The position numbers and the translations under genes were made by a program. A stretch of 58,721 nucleotides of DNA from Octopus sinensis (Eukaryota), in contig NW_021833103.1 in assembly GCF_006345805.1 (NCBI RefSeq), positions 1 to 58,721 of the forward strand, read 5' to 3'. Numbering within the stretch: the first letter of the stretch is position 1; each line of letters starts with the position of its first letter. The notes beneath the pieces were generated by a model that did not search any database, was not told the DNA's origin, and saw nothing but the letters and a program-made list of their open reading frames with translations. Shown here piece after piece: positions 47,172 through 58,721 of this stretch.

Positions 47172-49760
47172 ACCACCACCACCGCCGCCACCGCCAATGC
47201 CACCACCACCACCAACCACCACCAAAACCACCACCACTACTACCACTACCACCACCACCACTACCACCACTACCATCACCACCACTACCACCACCACTAC
47301 CACCAACTACTACCAAAAACCACCACCACCACCACCACCACCACCCACCACACCACCACTACCACACTACTACCACAACCACCACCACCGCCACCACCAC
47401 CACCACCACCACCACCCCACCACCACCACAACCACCACTACCACCACACACCACCACCACTACCACCATACCGACCACCACCACCACCACTACCACAACC
47501 ACCACACCACCACCACACCACCACCACCACTACCACAACCACCACCACCACTACTACCAAAAACCACCACCACCACCACCCCACCACCCCACCACCACAA
47601 CCACCACTACCACCACTACCATCACACCACTACCACCACCAACACCACCACTACTACCACAACCACCGCTAACCACCACTACCATCACCACCACTACCAC
47701 CACCACTACCACCACACACCACCACTACCACACCACCACCACTACCACCACTACCACCACTACCACCACCACCACCACTACCACCACCACTACCACCAAC
47801 CACCCCCACCACCACCACCACCACCACCACCACCACCACCACCACCACCACCACCACACCACCACCACAACCACCCTACCACACCACTACCATCACCACC
47901 ACTACCACCACCACTACCACCACTACTACCACAACCACCACACCACCACCACCACCACCACCACCACCACCACAACCACCACCACCACCACCACCACCAC
48001 CACCACTACCACCACTACCATCACCACCACTACCACCACCACTACCACCACCACCACCACCACCACCACAACCACCACTACCACCACCACCACCACCACC
48101 ACCACCACCACCACCACCACAACACCACTACCACCACCACCACCACCACCACCACCACCACCACACCACCCTACCACCACTACCATCACCACCACTACTA
48201 CCACCACTACCACCACTACTACCACACCACCCCACCACCACCACCACCACCACCACCACCACCACCACCACCACAACCACCACTACCACCACTACCATCA
48301 CCACCACTACCACCACCACTACCACCACTACTACACAACCACCACCACTACCACCACTACACCACTACACCACCACTAACCACCACTACTACACAACCAC
48401 CGCTACCACCACTACCACCACCACTACCACCACACTACCACCACTACTACCACACCACCACCACACCACCACTACACCACTACCACCACCACTACCACCA
48501 CTACTACACAACCACCGCTACCACCACTACCATCACCACCACTACCACCACCACTACCACCACTACTACCACAACCACCACCACCACCACCACCACCACC
48601 CACCACAACCACCACTACCACCACTACCATCACCACCACTACCACCACCACTACCACCACCACCACCACCACTACTACCACAACCACCACTACCACCACT
48701 ACCATCACCACCACTACCACCACCACACCACCACTACCACCACCACTACCACCACCACTACCACCACCACCACTACCACCACCACTACCACCACCACACC
48801 ACCACCACCACCACCACCACCACCACAACCACCACTACCACCACTACCATCACCACCACTACCACCACCAACACCACCACTACTACCACCACCACCACTA
48901 CCACCACTACCATCACCACCACTACCACCACCACTACCACCACCACTACCACCACTACCACCACCACCACTACCACCACTACCATCACCACCACTACACC
49001 ACCACTACCACCACTACCATCACCACCACTACCACCACTACCATCACCACCACTACACCACCACTACCACCACTACCATCACCACCACTACCACCACTAC
49101 CATCACCACCACTACCACCACTACCATCACCACCACTACCACCACTACCATCACCACCACTACCACCACTACCATCACCACCACTACCACCACTACTACC
49201 ACAACCACCACTACCACCACTACTACCACAACCACCACTACCACCACTACTACCACAACCACCACTACCACCACCACTACCACCACTACTACCACAACCA
49301 CCACTACCACCACTACCATCACCACCACTACCACCACTACTACCACAACCACCACTACCACCACTACCATCACCACCACTACCACCACTACCATCACCAC
49401 CACTACCACCACTACCATCACCACCACTACACCACCACTACCACCACCACTACCACCACTACTACCACAACCACCACTACCACCACTACCATCACCACCA
49501 CTACCACCACTACTACCACAACCACCACTACCACCACTACCATCACCACCACTACCACCACTACCATCACCACCACTACACCACCACTACCACCACTACC
49601 ATCACCACCACTACCACCACTACTACCACAACCACCACTACCACCACTACTACCACAACCACCACTACCACCACTACCATCACCACCACTACCACCACTA
49701 CCATCACCACCACTACCACCACTACTACCACAACCACCACTACCACCACTACTACCACAA
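47172..49760. repeat. ~2.6-kb degenerate (CCA)n/(CTA)/(CAA)/(CAT) trinucleotide satellite
   Basis: Direct reading; source of the 887-aa P/T/H ORF. Confidence 0.97.
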
Positions 49761-50012
49761 GAGTACATTTATCATAACTGAGTGGAGGGTGGATGGATGG
49801 TTTGATTCGGGTGACGGATAACCAATCGGGAGATTATCGGTTCGGTTCACTCCTGGTTATTTTTCTGTGCCCTTCACTGAAAATAAAGGTTGCGGAAGAG
49901 GAATGAATTGATTGCTGTAAACAGCGGGAGTACCGTAAAATTAACGATTGTTTTATGTTGAATCCTCCTACATGGGCCAGTGATCATGTAGGAGAATAGA
50001 TGGAGGTTAAAT

Positions 50013-50090
50013 CAGTGGTCCTCAATCATTTTCTGACTTATGGGCCCCTTTGGTTCCTGTTTTATTTCACCGGACCCCAATGGTCATTCA
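50013..50090 (+). mobile_element. hAT/Charlie-like left-end fragment
   Basis: CAGTGGTCCTCAA terminus followed by GGGCCCCTTT...GGACCCC. Confidence 0.5.
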
Positions 50091-50144
50091 CTGGAAATAT
50101 AAAGAAATCCTTCTGTATTTTTATCATTAATTATTATTAGGGAT

Positions 50145-50296
50145 TACTCTTTTTTACTCTTTTACTTGTTTCAGTCATTTGACTGCGGCCATGCTGGAGC
50201 ACCGCCTTTAATCGAGCAACTCGACCCTGGGACTTATTCTTTGTAAGCCCAGTACTTATTCCATCGGTCCCTTTTGCCGAACCGCTAAGTTCGGGG
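50145..50296 (-). mobile_element. SINE family B tail part
   Basis: Family match, breaks off into (GAGT)n. Confidence 0.85.
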
Positions 50297-50748
50297 TGAG
50301 TGAGCGAGTGGGTCAGTGAGTGAGTGGGTGGATGAGTGGGTGAGTGAGTGGGTGAGTGGATGAGTGAGTGAGTGAGCGAGTGTGAGTGGGTGAGTGAGCG
50401 AGTGAGTGAGTTAATGAGTGAGTGACTGAGTGACTGAGTGACTGAGTGACTGAGCGAGTGAGCGAGTGAGTGAGTTAATGAGTGAGTAAGTGAGTGAGTG
50501 AGTGAGTGAGTTAATGAGTGAGTGAGTGAGTGAGTGAGCGAGTGAGCGAGTGAGAGAGTGAGTGAGTGAGTGAGTGAGTGAGTGAGTGAGTGAGTGGGTG
50601 AATGAGTGAGCGAGTGAGCGAGTTAATGAGTGAGTGAGTGAGTGAGTGAGTGAGTGAGTGAGCGAGTGAGCGAGTGAGCGAGTGAGTGAGTGAGTGAGTG
50701 AGTGAGTGAGTGAGCGAGTGAGTGAGTGAGTGAGCGAGTGAGTGAGAG
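50297..50748. repeat. (GAGT)n satellite with GAGC/GACT/TTAAT variants
   Basis: Direct reading; source of the THSL ORFs. Confidence 0.95.
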
Positions 50749-51233
50749 AGAATTTGTGTAAAGTGAAAGACCACAAGACATTTTGTCTATCTTTCGACCG
50801 AATTTGTTATTTACCAACTTCTGCTGTTGACACAATACTGAAAACAAACAAAATATAGCCATGGGAATGACTTCAGCAAACCCTTGAACCACGAAAGATC
50901 AATCGCTACGTTTATTAAAAGGGGAGTGATTTCTTCAACACAACACCCGTGTTAAGAAAATGCTGTTTAAAGTATACAGGGATCTCGCTGCTTCTTGAAG
51001 TAAGCTCTGTTATTTTTCGATAGCAGATAAATGCGTTGTTAACTGAGTTAGCTATTGATACACCACAAATCGATTTTCAATCAATCTTAGGATGTCAAGA
51101 GATTCGAGCAGTTGATGATCAACCACTCCATATAACAGCTTAACTAAGTGAGTTTCCAGTGTGTATATTCGCTTAATAATACACAAAACACGACAGCAAA
51201 AAATCACCTATGTAGAGTTATTTGATCAGTCGC

Positions 51234-51273
<40 letters not shown>

Positions 51274-51733
51274 CATACACACACACACACATGCATTCAC
51301 ACACACATGCATACATATTTATAGGTAGCTTTCGGATGTCTACCACTGATAAGGTCGAGGAAGATCAAAGTCACTAAATTACTTGATCAGTCAAATATGA
51401 CTACTTTACCCCATACAACAAAGAAAAATAAACCCTTTTAGTAGCAAAACTCAAACCCTTTTCTATACGAAAAGCGTGTGACTTTTTATTTTACCTTGTT
51501 CTCATATATTTATATACATAAATTATATATACCTAACTCACCTTAAGAATATATATACCAATGTAATTTCAGTTGAAGTATGATACATAAAAACATTTAT
51601 TCTATGGAAACATCGTTAAATCTTTATTTTTCATACATATAAATAAAATTATTCTTCGCTTGTTTTAATTAGACAATATGTATATATAGAATACATTTTC
51701 AACTTTTCTCAATATTTACCCTACGTATATATA

Positions 51734-51798
<65 letters not shown>

Positions 51799-52294
51799 GC
51801 ATACATGTACACATAAATATGCATAAGTATGTGTGTTCGTGTTCGTGTGTAAAGCAAATAAATAGATGGCTATATAGATAATTTGCAAAGAGCTTTAAAT
51901 CAACAAAGATATCGTAAAAGATAAACTAAGAGATTCGAAGAAATAATACAAGTCTGTTCAACGCGGAATAAAAGGCATTTATTCGACACGAACGACCAAG
52001 TCCAATGGCGGTCGTCTGTACATTGCGCGCCAATGATTGGTGCAAGCTGGAAAGTGATAGATAAGAGTTTGACCGTCGTTAACACAATAAACACACGCAC
52101 AATCTCTATCACCAACTAAACGGTAACTAATATGACATTATATATACATGTTATGTGTGTGCATGTATCTTTATATATTTACGTATATATATATATACAT
52201 TTATGGATATGTATGTATGTATATGTACACACACACACACACACACACACACTCACGTATATTTATTCATATATACACACGCACTCACACATAG

Positions 52295-52452
52295 ACGTAG
52301 GCGTGGTTGTGAGTTTAAAAAGCTCTCTTTGCAACCACGAGGTTTTGGTTACCGTCCCACTATGCAGCGCCGTGGGGGAATATCTTCTATTATAGCCTAG
52401 AGCTGACAAATGCTTGTTGAGTGGAAGTGATTGGCGGAAACTATGTGGAATC
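52295..52452 (+). mobile_element. Old SINE family B head fragment
   Basis: Diverged GGCGTGGTTGTGAG...GTCCCACTATGC...TATAGCCTAGAGCTGAC...GGAAACT. Confidence 0.6.
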
Positions 52453-52479
52453 CAATATATTTTCTTCTCTTTTCTCTTA

Positions 52480-52705
52480 TCTTTTACTTGTTTCAGTCAT
52501 TTGAGCAACTCGATCCCGGGACTTATTCTTTTGTAAGCCCAGTACTTATTCCATCGGTCTGTTTTGCCGAACCGCTAAGTGACGGGGACGTAAACACACC
52601 AGCATCGGTTGTCAAGCAATGCTAGGGGGACAAACACACACACACACACACACTAACACACACACCACACACACAACACACACACACACACACACACATA
52701 TACAT

Positions 52706-52751
<46 letters not shown>

Positions 52752-52915
52752 CGATTGGGCTTCTTTCCGTTTCCGTCTACCAAATCCACTCACAAGGCAT
52801 TGGTCGGCCCGGGGCTATAGCAGAAGACACTTGCCCAAGATGCCACGCAGTGGGACTGAACCCGAAACCATGTGGCTGGTTAGCAAGCTACTTACCACAC
52901 AGTCAGTCCTGCGCC
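52480..52915 (-). mobile_element. SINE family B
   Basis: Family match with a short deletion in the tail. Confidence 0.9.
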
Positions 52916-52925
52916 TATATATATT

Positions 52926-53335
52926 ACTCTTTTACTCTTTTACTTGTTTCAGTCATGTGACTGCGGCCATGCTGGAGCACCTCCTTTAGTCGAGCAAATC
53001 GATCCCGGGATTTATTCTTTGTAAGCCCAGTACTTATTCTATCGGTCTCTTTTGCCGAACCGCTAAGTGACGAGGACGTAAACACACCAGCATCGGTTGT
53101 CAAGCAATGCTAGGGGGACAAACACAGACACACAAACATATGCACACACACTTATATATATATACATATATACAACAGGCTTCTTTCAGTTTCCGTCTAC
53201 CAAATCCACTCACAAGGCATTGGTCGGCCCGGGGCTATAGTAGAAGACACTTGCCCAAGATGCCACGCAGTGGGACTAAACCCGGAACCATGTGGTTGGT
53301 AAGCAAGCTACTTACCACACAGCCACTCCTGCGCC
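52926..53335 (-). mobile_element. SINE family B, head-to-tail with the previous copy
   Basis: Full family match, separated from 52480-52915 by about 10 bp of TA. Confidence 0.92.
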
Positions 53336-53885
53336 TATATATATATATATATATATTCATTTTGTAAATTTTTATTAAAAATTTTTTAAAATTTTTATTC
53401 GTATTTTTTATTTTCATCTTTATTGTTTATTTTATTTTTTGTAATTTTTTTATTTGAATTAAATTATGGCTTGTACAGTAGGGTCCGGTGAACCTATTTA
53501 CACATACTTATTTGTTTAAAAAATTAAAATATAGTTTTTAGTATCAAACTATGATAAAGTGATGTAGAGACCTGACGATTGGGGTTATATTTTAAGAAAG
53601 GTTTCCGCAAAACACGTCGTGGTTAAGGAACCGGGAAATGAACCGCAAGAAACACGTGTAGCCGAGATATAAGTAGTAAGTATTTAAATTAAAATTCTTT
53701 TATATGGTGAGATGAAAGGGCCTACTATCTCTAAATGAAAATATATATTTCCTCATTGAGAATAATTTGAACCCCTGTTATACCGGAATTTTTATTCCCT
53801 AACAAATAAAATAATATATATATATATCAGAAATATTAAATTTCTAAATGTCTCAAAGAGACATGAGCGGTGGTGGAGCGATATA

Positions 53886-54093
53886 GTGGTTGTATACTGT
53901 CAACTTAACGTGACAGTCCCGTATGGAAATTACACCACCGCTGTTTAGCCCTAGGAAGCATCAAACGCTTCTGTGTCCTTATATAAGGACACAGAAAATG
54001 TGTCAAAACCGACAGAAAATGTGTCCTAGGGCTAAACAGCGGTGGTGTAATTCACATGCGGGACTGTTACGTTAAGTTGACAGTATACAACAC
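53886..54093. mobile_element. MITE with ~70-bp TIRs and TA flanks
   Basis: 53886-53956 inverted to 54024-54093; TA on both sides; perfect 28-bp palindrome at 53969-53996. Confidence 0.85.
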
Positions 54094-54115
54094 TATATAT
54101 ATATATATAGAGTGT

Positions 54116-54430
54116 GAGGGCGCGTGGCTTAGTGGTTAGGGCATTCGGCTCAGATCGTAAGGTTGTGAGTTCGATTCCCGGCGACGCGTTGTGTCCTTGA
54201 GCAAGACACTTTATTTCACGTTGCTCCAGTCCACTCAGCTGGCAAAAATGAGTTGTACTTGTATTTCAAAGGGTCAGCCTGTCACTCTCTGTGTCACGCT
54301 GATTATCCCCGAGAAATACGTGAAGGGTACAGTGTCTTGGACGCTTCAGCCATTTGAACGTTAATTTCACGAGCAGGCTGTTCCGTTGATCGTATCAGCT
54401 GGGACCCTCGTCGTCGTAAACGGCGGAGTC
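54116..54430 (+). mobile_element. SINE family D head with tail type Y
   Basis: Homologous to 43588-43889. Confidence 0.88.
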
Positions 54431-54488
54431 TTTTTAAAATATATATGAGTATATGTGTGTGTGGTAGTGTGTATGTGAGTGAGTGTGT

Positions 54489-54525
<37 letters not shown>

Positions 54526-55049
54526 GAGAGAGAGAGAGAAAGTGTTTATTCCCATGGAAATTGGAAAACCTCCAGTAAATGGCACGAAACCTTTGACTTA
54601 ACGTGCAGTAGAAGAGTATACACAGACACGCATGCGCACATGCATGCATACATACATACAGACAGCTTTAAGATCCCACAGGCAATATGCTGGAGATTTT
54701 CCAATTTCCATGCATAAATTATGTTAACTCTGACGTAGTTACACTAATCCAGAGAGTGTCACTTAATTATTTATTGTCCTCTCAATTCTATTTTCGTACA
54801 CCAATCAATGTATTGTCTTGTATGTTAAGGTAGTAAGTCTTTCATCGTTACTTTAGCCAGTACAAGGAAGTTTAAACTCCGCAGATGAGGGCAGCATAAG
54901 GCCGAACCATGTCTGTAATTGTCTTCTGTGTACTGGATCCACAATAGAGCTGAGATTATAGTTGTAATACATATGTTTTTAAATGGTGTATAAAACACAC
55001 CGACACACACACACACACACGTAGGTGGGGGTAGGCACTGGTCTGTTTG

Positions 55050-55217
55050 TGTTTGCTTCCTGACCACAAGGTTCCGAGTTCAGTCCCACTGTGTGACACC
55101 TTGGCATACCAAAGCCGTGTGAGTGAATTTGGTAGGCGGAAACTGAAAGAAACCTGCCGTATACGTATGTTTCTATGTATGTATGTATGTATGTATGTAT
55201 GTATCTATCTATCTATC

Positions 55218-55299
<82 letters not shown>

Positions 55300-55304
55300 C
55301 ATCC

Positions 55305-55360
<56 letters not shown>

Positions 55361-55578
55361 GTCTGTATGTGTGTGTGTGTGTGTTTTCATAGTACCGCTT
55401 GACAACCGGTGTTGCTGGGTTTACGTCTCCGTAAGTTAACGGTTCAACAAATTTGAGACCGATAGAATAAGTACCGAGCTTAACAAAAGCTAAGTCCTGG
55501 AGTCGATTCGGTGACAAAAAAATTCTTCAAGGCGGTGCCCCAGTATGGCCGCAGTCAAATGACTGAGACTAGTAGAAG
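55050..55578 (+). mobile_element. SINE family B, older copy with an expanded internal (TATG)(TCTA) tract
   Basis: Head, GGAAACTGAAAGAA, then microsatellite 55165-55385 and normal tail. Confidence 0.8.
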
Positions 55579-56014
55579 ATATACACATTACATACATACA
55601 TAGGAAACAAGGGTGTTTTGTTCATCATCCTTAAACAACCCTTAATCAGGGACCTTTTGATCAGGATGGGTTACTCGACCTGAAGAAAATTCTAACTGGG
55701 CCCCACCTGCAAGGTCATGCGCTGTTTATCTTGATATGAGATCACCATATCACGCACATATGTTTGTGATGCGTGTGCCTCTATTCTACTCATATCAGAC
55801 GGGTAGTCATGATGGGTATACTGGGCTTTGTATATTTGTACCCTAGTGTCACTTTGATGGCATGCACTGCTCTCTCATGCCTACATACATAATGGATACA
55901 TACATACATGGATACATACATACATACATACATACACACATACATATATATAAATAGATGTGTGAATTTCCCTTGTTAACAATTAACACGGAAAAATATA
56001 TAAATAGTTACAAA

Positions 56015-56231
56015 ATCCTTTTCTACTCTAGGCACAAGGACCGAAATTTTAAGGGAGGAGGCCAGTCGATTAGATCGACCCCAGTACGCAACTGGTACTT
56101 AATTTATCGACCCCGAAAGGATGAAAGGCAAAGTCGACCTCGGCGGAATTTGAACTCAGAACGTAACGGCAGACGAAATACGGCTGCGCATTTCGCCCGG
56201 CGTGCTCACGATTCTGCCATCTCGCCGCCTT
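56015..56231 (-). mobile_element. SINE family A, tail type 1, full length
   Basis: Complete family match. Confidence 0.9.
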
Positions 56232-56274
56232 ACGGACCCCAGGATATTGAAAGGTCCATCAGCTTAACATATTT

Positions 56275-56341
56275 ACGGATCCTCAGTACTCCCTTTGCGC
56301 GGACCACCAGGGGTCTGCGGACCACAGGTTGGGGACCACTG
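56275..56341 (+). mobile_element. hAT/Charlie-like right-end fragment
   Basis: GCGGACCACCAGGGGTCTGCGGACCACAGGTTGGGGACCACTG, followed by ATCTATAT resembling the NTCTAGAN target preference. Confidence 0.6.
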
Positions 56342-56667
56342 ATCTATATACGTTCCATTCTAAATGATTTTAATAACTCTCGCCATTACGTCGTGTTCAT
56401 AGTAACTTAACTCTATCAAGTCGGCGAATTAATTAAAGTTTGTTCCATAATTTTGCGCCTCAAAGAATTATTGTTCAGCGGTGAATGTTAACAAAAGCTT
56501 CTTTGATCTGACTCTCTTCGGATGAATGAGAGGTGATAGCGAGACTAAATTGTCGCTCGGTAGACAGTGTGTCACGGTCTTTTGTCGGGAGCATAATGGA
56601 GAAGTGGTGTTCGAATACAAAGTTTCCAGTTTCAAGTTGATACCCTGACAGAATAACGACTGGCCGA

Positions 56668-57545
56668 GTTGTGTCTGTGTGTGTGTGTGTGTTGTGTGTG
56701 TGTGTGTGTGGTGTGTGTGTGTGTGTGTGTGTGTGTGCATGTGTGGGCGTGTGTGTGTGGGGATATGTGTGCGTGTGTGTGCGCGTGTGTGTGTGTGTCT
56801 GTGGGCGTGTGTGTGTGTGCGTGTGTGGGGGTGTGTGTGCGTGTGTGGGCGTGTGTGTGTGTGTGTGTGTGCATATGTGTGTTTCACTGCGTTTGTGGGT
56901 GTACGTGTGTATGCGCCTGCACTTACGCATGCGTGAGTATTGGGAGTGTGTGAGTGCATGTAGGTGTGTGCTTGTGAATGTGTGTATGTGTGCGTGTGCG
57001 TGTGTGTGTAGGTGTGTGGGTGCGTGTTTGTGAATGTGTACGTGCGTATGTGTGCGTGTGTGTAGGTATGTGGTTGCGTGTTTGTGAATGTGTGTACGTG
57101 TGTGTTGTGGTGTGTGTGTGTGCGTGTGTGTGTGTGCGTGTGTGTGTATGTGTGTGTGTGTATGTGTGCGTGTGTGTGTGTGCGTGTGTGTGTAGGTGTG
57201 TGGGTGCGAGTTTGATTACGTGTGTGTGCGCGTGTATATGTAGGTGTGTGTGTGCGTGTTTGTGAATGTGTGTACGTGTGTGTTTGTGTATGTGTGTGTG
57301 TGTGCGTGCGTGCGTGTTTGTGTTAGTGTGTGTATTGTATGTTTGTATGTTTGTATGTTTGTATGTTTGTGTGTGAGTGCTTGCACTTACGCATGCGTGA
57401 GTATTGGGAGTGTGTGAGTGAGCGTACGTGTTTGTGAATGTGTGTACGTGTTTATGTGTGCGTGTGTGTGCGTGCATGCGTCTTTGCATTTGTTTGTTTG
57501 TGTGTGTGTGTGTGTGTGGGCCTGAGCGTGAGCGTGTGCGCGCGC
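56668..57545. repeat. Cryptic (GT)-rich satellite with internal duplications
   Basis: Direct reading; 39-bp block repeated at 56918 and 57382. Confidence 0.9.
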
Positions 57546-57719
57546 GTACGGGGTTGTAATTCAAGAGTGATGAACTTATAAACATTTGCCTTCGCGAAAC
57601 CGTTCTGGAAACTCCCTGGCCGATAATACGAGACCATAATAGTGGAGCACGTGACCTTTATTAATATGACTTTGGCTTTTATCACCAAAGAAACTAATAT
57701 GCCGCCAAAAACCCTGCTC

Positions 57720-57780
57720 TATCTTCTCTCTCTCTCTATTTCTCTCTTTCCTCTCTCTCTCTCTTTCTTTCTCTCTCTTC

Positions 57781-57818
<38 letters not shown>

Positions 57819-58001
57819 ATATATATATAGATATAGTATATATATATAATAGATATATATCTATATATGTGTGTGTATGCAAACATAAACGCACATTTAC
57901 ATATACATCACGTGTGTGAAGAATGTGTTGCGTGCTCATACATGAGTACATATGTGTGTATGTATGCTATGTATGTACCCTCATATATATATATATATTA
58001 T

Positions 58002-58053
<52 letters not shown>

Positions 58054-58133
58054 TATCTATCTATCCTATATATATATCTATCTATATTATATGTATACAT
58101 ATATGATATTATATTGATATAGTGCATGTATAT

Positions 58134-58175
<42 letters not shown>

Positions 58176-58385
58176 TATACATATATAATAAATAAGTGTA
58201 TGCATAATATAATATAGAAAGATGGATTTGCATATATATATGCATATGTATATTATATATATATATATATAATCTATATATATATATATAGTATAATATT
58301 ATATTATATATATTATGCATATACATATACATACGATTTATGTATGTGGTGTATGTGGTGTGTGTATGTGTATATACATGTATGT
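57720..58385. repeat. (CT)n and degenerate (TA)n tracts
   Basis: Direct reading. Confidence 0.9.
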
Positions 58386-58721
58386 GTGAGCGGTGCTTGT
58401 AGGCGTAAACGTTACACGAAACAATAGAAGAACTTGTTGCTCCGTGAAACAATTATCATTTCTCCCCCCCCCTCCCGCCTCTATCTCTCTCTCTCTCTCT
58501 CTCTCTGTGTAAATCTTTGAATGAACTTTTCTAAATGGCCGCCAACTTGTCACGGTGGCAACTAATTTATGACTTCAATAAATGGTGCCAAAACATGTCA
58601 ATGGCTCCCTCACAATACTAAGCTTCGCTTGAAACGTTTCCTGTCCTGCATGAGTGCTCCTTGAACAGTTTAATACCTTCTTATACCTCTTCAGTCAGTG
58701 ACACGCTTCGGTTGCACACAC

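Noticed and set aside
47158-49821. 887-aa Pro/Thr/His ORF as an extensin or mucin gene
   Set aside because: Composition switches with single-base slips in a CCA array; no domain, signal peptide or splice evidence.
53345-53820. Mitochondrial insertion (NUMT)
   Set aside because: AT-rich but no recognisable mitochondrial rRNA, tRNA or protein motif.
50013-56341. One 6.3-kb hAT element bounded by CAGTGGTCC(T/C)CAA ends
   Set aside because: The 8-bp flanks differ (GGTTAAAT versus ATCTATAT) and there is no transposase remnant; treated as independent fragments.

Overview
Repeat-saturated animal genomic DNA, most likely a coleoid cephalopod of the Octopus type (inferred from the SINE families and microsatellite load, not from a marker gene). 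No host gene can be called confidently; there are only a few weak exon candidates, mostly on the minus strand. Almost all long ORFs in the track are microsatellite artefacts. The real coding remnants are retrotransposons: Penelope-like RT (6120-7208) and GIY-YIG endonuclease pieces (21484-21969, about 38780-39390), a near-intact CR1/L2-type RT (8054-9732), an RTE with three C2H2 fingers (9755-11262), a Tx1/L1 element sitting in (TCTA)n (29137-32474) and R4/Dong-type restriction-like-endonuclease tails sitting in (AAT)n (39984-41468). About 30 tRNA-derived SINE copies of four modular types (my labels A-D), a non-autonomous Helitron and a MITE fill the rest. The most interesting signal is a set of hammerhead-ribozyme (HHR) motifs. 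These include a palindromic cassette with two divergent hammerhead cores whose CUGAUGA boxes pair with each other (44503-44845, also carried by a 780-bp inverted pair at 36393-37186 and 41893-42677), minimal Penelope-type hammerheads in short TA-flanked elements, and a dead hammerhead in both arms of a 2.45-kb Penelope foldback (5347-7797). All structures were folded by eye and need computational and in vitro confirmation.
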